Assembly: GCF_004010195.1 (NCBI RefSeq)
Contig: NC_057718.1
Span: 12,063,950 to 12,107,731, forward strand
DNA: 43,782 nucleotides
DNA from: Chiloscyllium plagiosum
Lineage: Eukaryota
Direction: 5' to 3'
Numbering within the stretch: position 1 is the stretch's first letter; the number at the start of each line of letters is the position of its first letter. Below the pieces are notes generated by a model. The model worked only from the letters and a program-made list of their open reading frames with translations, made no database searches and had not been told where the DNA came from. Shown here in pieces: positions 37,864 to 43,782 of the stretch. A program made the position numbers and the translations under genes.

Positions 37864-38041
37864 TTTCAGCATTAACCTGAATTGTTTGAAATAAAGAAAA
37901 TGTCACTTTTCATCTCATTGATGCTAAATCTGACTGAGTGTTAATGCTGAAATTTCAGCATTAACCTGTATTGTTTGAAATAAAGAAAATGTCACTTTTC
38001 ATCTCATTGATGCTAAATCTGACTGAGTGTTAATGCTGAAA
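37864..38041. repeat. Tandem pair of 89-bp units, each bounded by 13-bp inverted ends
   Basis: Units 37864-37952 and 37953-38041 (1 mismatch), each TTTCAGCATTAAC...GTTAATGCTGAAA. Confidence 0.93.
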
Positions 38042-38364
38042 ATGAGTGCAAAAAATATGAGATATTCTATGTTCATATTGTTAATATTAATAATGGTGGG
38101 TACTTCCACATCCAGTAGACAGAAAACAGTAGACAGAACAGCAATACTTGGAAATAAAAATGCTGATTACATTGGAGCTCTACCTTAAAGTCTACAAAAT
38201 AAGTCAGACCATTATGTTTCATTTGCCAGTTTTACTGTTTTCTTTTCTTTCTGGACAGTGTTCCCCAGTACAAAAGAATGTTTCAGTGTACTGCAAGTGA
38301 CAGTGGAAGCTACAGAAGGCAGAAAAATGAAATGGCATTTACGTAGCTGGAGGTATGATTGAAA

Positions 38365-38895
38365 TTCTGGTTTCCCTGCTACAGGAAGGATTGTTATGAA
38401 ACTTGAAAGGGTACAGAAAAGATTTCCAAGGATGTTGCCAGGTTTGGACGGTATGTGCTACAGGGAGAGGCTGAACAGGCTGAGGTTGTTTTCCCCTGGA
38501 GTGTTGGCAGCTGAGGAGTAACCTTATAGAGGTTTATAAAATTATGAGGAGCATGGATAGGATAAATAGACAAGGTCTTTCCCCCAGGGTGGGGTAGTTC
38601 AAAACTAGAAGCCATAGGTTTGAGGGAGAGGGGAAAGATTTAAAAGTGACCTGAGAGACAACGTTTTCATACAGAGGGTAGCGCATGCATGGAATGAGCT
38701 GCTAGAGGAAATGGTGGAAGGTGGTACAATTACAACATTTTAAAGGCGTCTAGATGGGTATATGAATAGGAAGGGTTTAGGAGAATATGGGCCAAATGCT
38801 GACAAATGGGATTAGATTTATTTAGAATATCTGGTCAGCATGGACCAGTTGGACCAAAGGGACTGTTTCCATTCTGTACATCTCTGTGATTCTAA
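38365..38895 (+). mobile_element. CR1 3' fragment
   Basis: FWFPCYRK..KLERVQKRFPRMLPGL, DLIEVYKIMR and 3' UTR GGACCAAAGGGACTGTTTCC. Confidence 0.88.
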
Positions 38896-39453
38896 ATGAA
38901 TGATGGAGGGAGCTCCAGAAAATCGGGGCTTGGCAACTGAAAATGCAACTACCAAGTGTAGAAAAGGATGGACACAGAGCACGCCATCTATTACAGGAAC
39001 ACAACTAATTTATTGTTTTTCACACTATATTTGGTGCAAATGTAAACCATTCAATTTCAACAGTAGGTTGCATGATGTATTTGTATTAGTTATTCCTTCC
39101 AGAACCATTATTTTTGATGTTTTAAAAAGTTAAAAAGAGAAGTGTTAAAATCACAGCCATGGTTCTTGGAAATCCAATGCACAAAGCTGAGAAAACTCAT
39201 TTTTATGTTGTGGTTATATTCCTCTGATTTAGATATGGAAGTCAAGCACAAGGATTATTATAACAGTATCATAAAGCAAAATAGAAATCACGTTGATCTC
39301 CTCTGAGTTAGATTTCATTAAGACAATACTGGAACAAGTAAGTTCTTGATCAACTTGTTTTTAAAGATGTAAACAAAACTTCTGCTAACTCCATTATTAG
39401 CTCCTTAAGATTTGACAGAGACAAAGAGAACATGGAAACAGAAGTAGACTATC

Positions 39454-39583
39454 CATTCCTGAAGAAGGGCCTGTGCCCGAAACGTCGAATCTCCTGTTCC
39501 CTGGATGCTGCCTGACCTGCTGTGCTGTTCCAGCAATAAAGTTTCAACTTTGATCTCCAGCATCTGCAGACCTCACTTTCTCC
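39454..39583 (+). mobile_element. Solo 130-bp hammerhead-headed PLE terminal-repeat unit, inside a decayed antisense CR1 3' end
   Basis: CATTCCTGAAGA...CCTCACTTTCTCC; by eye 128/130 identical to the reverse complement of 25260-25389. Confidence 0.93.
39455..39490 (+). ncRNA. Minimal type-I hammerhead ribozyme motif
   Basis: ATTC-CTGAAGA-A-GGGC-CTGT-GCCC-GAAA-CGTC-GAAT. Confidence 0.8.
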
Positions 39584-40575
39584 TATTTAACCTCTTAAGC
39601 CTGTCTTGCTACACAATAAAACCATGATTGCTCAGTAACCTGAACTCCATACACTTACAACAGAACTACATTCCTCAGCAAAGATCTTCAGCATACAATT
39701 ATTAATTGAATCTGCAGCTACTGTTATGTTTTGTGGAAGATTCCAACACTCATACACACACTGAAAAAATTTAAGAGAGCTCGAGAGATAGGGTTGGAGA
39801 ATGGGACTAGCTGGGCAGCTCTTTCTCAAGCCAGTACAGACACAATGAGTTAGATGGCCTCCTTCTGCACTGTAAAAGTCTCATTCTATTTGAAGAAATG
39901 CTTTGTTTAAAACAAAAGCATTATCAAATGATATATTTAACCCTTTCTCTTTTTATGCCATGCTCTTCTGGATGCCAGCCTTCAATTACAATACTAGTCA
40001 ATTAATATTGCAAATTGATCTCTAACAGGAACAGCACATGCCCAAGGGGAAATCACGAATACCAGTTCACAAAAAGCATCAAATTTGAGGTGACATGCGT
40101 GTGAACTTCTATTTAATGAACTTCAGGCAACTGAGGGCAAAAGCAATTGAAACTTTTAATTTTTATATGATGGAGGTAAATGGATTCTAAGTAATTACAA
40201 ATATTTCTCAGACGGAAGAAAGGGCCCTAAAGCTATGGGCAGCTCTTTACCGATTATGAAATTTTGGAATTTGTCCAGATAAAGTTCCCAGTGATCAAAC
40301 CCAACTTGACCAAGCTGGTTTTAGTAGAAGTCATTTCTCAGTTTATTATATGAATTCATTCTGTCACTTCTCACAAATGCTACAGAAGAGAATCCACATA
40401 GCATCACCCTGGCATTCAGCCTGCTGGAAAAGGCTATGATCGTGCAGACTGTTCCACTTTTGCGACAGTCTATTTGTTTTTGAAGTCGCTCTGTAAAAAC
40501 TCAGCCACCAGCTTTACAAGTGTACATCTGATGCCTTTTACTGAAATACAGCTGCAGACTTCCTGTCCTTTCTTA

Positions 40576-40862
40576 AGAAAGACTGACATTCATGCAGCAC
40601 CACTCATGACCTCAGGACGTCCGAAAATGCACCAGAACCAATTCGGTACTTTTGAAATGTAGTTACTTTTGTAATGTAAGAAATGCAGCAGGCAGTTTGA
40701 GCACAACAAGATCCCACAAACAGCAATGGGATAATGGATGTTTCAGGGATAAATATCAGCCCAGGACTTGGGGGTGAGGCAAGATTACCAATCTCTTCTC
40801 CAAAATAATACCTTTAAATCCTTTGTGTCCAACTGGAGGACAGCAGGGAACTTGGCTTAATG
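40576..40862 (-). mobile_element. DeuSINE (SacSINE1/AmnSINE-like) remnant
   Basis: Minus strand contains GTCCTGGGCTGATATTTATCCCT, CATTGCTGTTTGTGGGATCTTG and GGACGTCCTGAGGTCATG, matching the Deu-domain and 3' region as I recall them. Confidence 0.75.
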
Positions 40863-41145
40863 CTTAGATTTTGGCTCTACAAATCATGGCATTCCCCCAA
40901 CAACTTGTTAAACACCTTTCCCCAAGAATGAGCCCTAAAAGATAACTCTGGCAGAAAGACATTCCAGCCCAGGCTGATTATTTTTCATCCTGAAACATCT
41001 GTACTTTCCAGTGGGAAGCTACTAAGAGTGGAAGCCTGGCGTGATTTTATCATTTAGTAGTCCAGTGATGCTGAACTAAATAAAGCATCTCACAAGCCCC
41101 AAGCTGTCCAAGGTCAGCTAATCTGACAAATACCAGCAACTGTAG

Positions 41146-41254
41146 CAGACCCACAGCAATGTGGTTGACTCTTAACAGCTCTCTGGGTAGTTAGGGATGG
41201 GCAATAAATGCTGCTCTAGCTAGTAAGTCCACATCCCATGAATGAATTAAAAAA
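41146..41254 (+). mobile_element. 3' half of the bipartite SINE
   Basis: CAGACCCACAGCAATGTGGTTGACTC (LINE 5' region) joined directly to TAGGGATGGGCAATAAATGCTG..CACATCCCATGAATGAAT (LINE 3' tail). Confidence 0.78.
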
Positions 41255-41377
41255 TTGCATTAGTTGCTACTGAGAAGATCAAAATGCAAATTGAACCGCA
41301 TTTTCACTTTTACTGATGACAGGTATCAAATAGAAATTGCTGCCTCAGCGGATTAGGCACCACAGAATGAAACAATA

Positions 41378-41590
41378 ACATAAAATGCCGAAGGAACTCA
41401 GCAGATCTGGCACAATCTGTGGAGAGAGAAACAGTGTTAATAATTCAATAAATGGTTCTTCTTCAGAATTTCAAACAACATTCCAAAACTGAGACATATT
41501 AAATACAAAATGTTATGTTTCTTTCTCCATAGATGCTGTCAGACCTATTGAGTTCCTCCAGCACTTTCTGCTGTTATTTCAGATCTCTAA
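41378..41590. mobile_element. Old foldback PLE terminal-repeat remnant
   Basis: GGAACTCAGCAGATCTGGCA..ATCTGTGGAGAGAGAAAC versus GTTTCTTTCTCCATAGATGCTGTCAGACCTATTGAGTTCC. Confidence 0.7.
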
Positions 41591-42025
41591 TATTACAATA
41601 TTTTACTTTCAATAACCCAGGATGAAAGTTAGGCAACTATGTAGCTGTTGATTCCAAGGATGCTGTTGCATCAATGATTTGTATAGAATAATCAGGAATA
41701 AAATTGTGCACTCATTTTCTCTGTTCAATGGGGTTAAATGTGACTAAGTACAATTAAATTTATACTACAGGGCATCCCAGAAACTGGAATAGCCCAACAA
41801 CTGCAAATGCCATGATCAAACTCTAAAAATAGGACTGTTATTTCATCTCAACCCATCAACACATTCCATCTCTGAATTTTTTTCTCTCATCTGCTGATCT
41901 AACTTCCCCTGAAAATATCTATTTCCTTCAACCATATGGTAGTGAGTTTCACATTAACATCACTATTTGATTAAAACACATACTCAGCATTCATCCTGAA
42001 ACAATCTGTTCAGATAGATAAATCA

Positions 42026-42346
42026 AGATTAGATTAGATTAGATTACATTACATGTGGAAACAGGCCCTTAGGCCCAACAAGTCCACACCGACCCGCCGA
42101 AGCGAAACCCACCCAAACCCCTACATTTACCCCTTACCTAACACTACGGGCAATTTAGCATGGCCAATTCACCTGACCCTGCATATCTTTGGACTGTGGG
42201 AGGAAACCGGAGCACCCGGAGGAAACCCACGCAGACACGGGGAGAACGTGGAAACTCCACACAGTCAGTCGCCTGAGGCGGGAACTGAACCCGGGTCTCA
42301 GGCGCTGTGAGGCAGCAGTGCTAACCACTGTGCCACCGTGCCGCCC
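42026..42346 (-). mobile_element. Full-length, CpG-rich (young) HE1-type V-SINE
   Basis: Minus strand GGGCGGCACGGTGGCACAGTGGTTAGCACTGCTGCCTCACAGCG..GGTTCAGTTCC, V-domain and (TAATC)n tail. Confidence 0.93.
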
Positions 42347-42384
42347 ACTCCTGTTGTAAACCCCAATTACACTTTTTGTGTTGT

Positions 42385-42531
42385 TTCACTGAATGTGGGC
42401 CAGTCCAGAATTTATTGCCCTAATTGACCTTGCAAAGGTGGTGGTGAGCTGCCTTCTTGAACAGCTGCAGTCTATGTCATGTACGTATATCCACAGTGCC
42501 GCTGGGGATGGAGTTCCAAGATTTTGACCCA
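42385..42531 (-). mobile_element. 3' end of the tRNA-headed LINE family
   Basis: ATTTATTGCCC..GGTGGTGGTGAGCTGCCTTCTTGAACAGCTGCAGTC is the reverse complement of ~3450-3520. Confidence 0.75.
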
Positions 42532-43298
42532 ACAACAGCAACGTACAATAAAAAATTAGGGGAGCAGGCACAGTGCAAGGCAAGCTCATTTCCCCAACTT
42601 TGAGGAGCCTAACTGGTGATCCATAAAGAGACTGTTATTTACAGTAATTTTTCAAAATTATTTTGTGCTATAAGTAAGAGGAGCGTCTCCAGGCAAAAGT
42701 CTTCTGGCTTCTTTGTGTCTCTCTGCCACTCCACCCACTTCTCTCACACTTTTCGGTGGTCTTAGGTCTCAGGAAAATGGCAAGCTACATGGTTTAGAAC
42801 TAAAAATCACCATCACAGCTCACTCAAAACCATAATGATACTCAAATGTCAAAGTGTTCAGGGCTCCCAATTCCACATGGGAGCACTATGAGACAGCGAA
42901 AACCAAAATTTTACGACTATATACGTTCCTCTAATGTTACTGTCTATGCTACAAATAAGCTAATATACATTGCTCCTCTGCCAGAACAGAATCTTTCACA
43001 AGAGGAAACACATCAGCAGCCAAATAATCTTTTTCCTTAAATTTATTAATTTTTACTTGGCCATTTTGATGGCAGACTTCAGTGTTCCACAATGGATTTT
43101 TTTGGCTGATTGCTCAGTGCCTGAGAGTTTGAATCACAACATGCATAACATCTGCTACAATCTTAGGAATGGGTCTCAAATACCAATTTTTCAAATTGCA
43201 TAGATGGTGGACCTAATGCTCAGCATAATCTTTCATAGAATGAGCCTCAGCACGTCACATTACTTTACCTTTGATCTTTCAGCACCTGTTTTTAACTG

Positions 43299-43782
43299 CA
43301 TCCACACATTAATGCCTTCATCCCCCTCCGTCGACGCATCAATGCCTTCATCCCCATCCATCCACGCATCAATTAATTTAATACATGCCGTGACGTCGAA
43401 CAATTCTTCCGTCGCCTCCGCCTCTGAGCTTACTTTTACAATCAGGATTCCCACCCACCTTCCAAGGACCCCTTCGCCCACCTCCAGCACACTGCATCCA
43501 TCTGGACACCCCGCATTGGCCTATTACCTGCCCTCAACCTCTGCATTTCCAACTGCCGCCGGGACATTAACCGCCTCAACCTGTCAACCCCCCTCCCCCA
43601 CTCCAACCTCTGACCCTCACAACGCGCAGCCCTCCAATACCCCTGCTCCAATCCCAACCTCACCATCAAGCCAGAAGATAAAGGGGGCGCAGTGGTAGTC
43701 TGGCGCACTGACCTCTACACCGCTGAAGCCAAACGCCAACTCGAGGACACCTCTTCCTACTGCCCCCTCGACCATGACCCCA
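43299..43782 (+). mobile_element. 5'-truncated PLE ORF (same or close family as 1-2983), running off the window end
   Basis: One frame reads RDVEQFFRRLRL*AYFYNQ...SNCRRDINRLNL...SNL*PSQRAAL..CSNPNLTIKPEDKGGAVVVWRTDLYTAEAKRQLEDTSSY; two stops, no frameshift seen. Confidence 0.9.

Noticed and set aside
43204..43698. 164-aa Ser/Pro-rich ORF as a gene
   Set aside because: It is an alternative frame of the PLE ORF; the conserved motifs are in another frame.

Overview
Vertebrate genomic DNA, almost certainly from a shark or other elasmobranch (inferred from HE1/V-SINEs, a DeuSINE and HER1-like CR1 LINEs). The only host-gene feature I can support is a 98-bp minus-strand coding exon (5836-5933) encoding a WD40 segment I recognise as WDR27. 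I found no other exon, so the rest is probably WDR27 intron. It is dense with decayed retroelements: CR1 LINE pieces (several nested), L2 remnants, SINEs, a tRNA-headed CR1-group LINE with a matching bipartite SINE, and Penelope-like elements (PLEs, RT plus GIY-YIG) at both window ends. The most striking signal is a set of short PLE-terminal-repeat insertions from at least three families, each carrying a minimal hammerhead ribozyme core (CUGANGA-A-stem II-GAAA-CGUC). They occur as a solo 130-bp unit, head-to-head foldbacks and a tandem pair. Several have exact 11-24 bp flanking duplications, and most foldbacks carry a 33-36 nt tail on only one arm. Nearly all ORFs in the supplied track are TE fragments or noise. 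There is a 68-N assembly gap at 32018-32085. Family names come from motif recognition, not database searches, and TE boundaries are approximate unless a duplication defines them.
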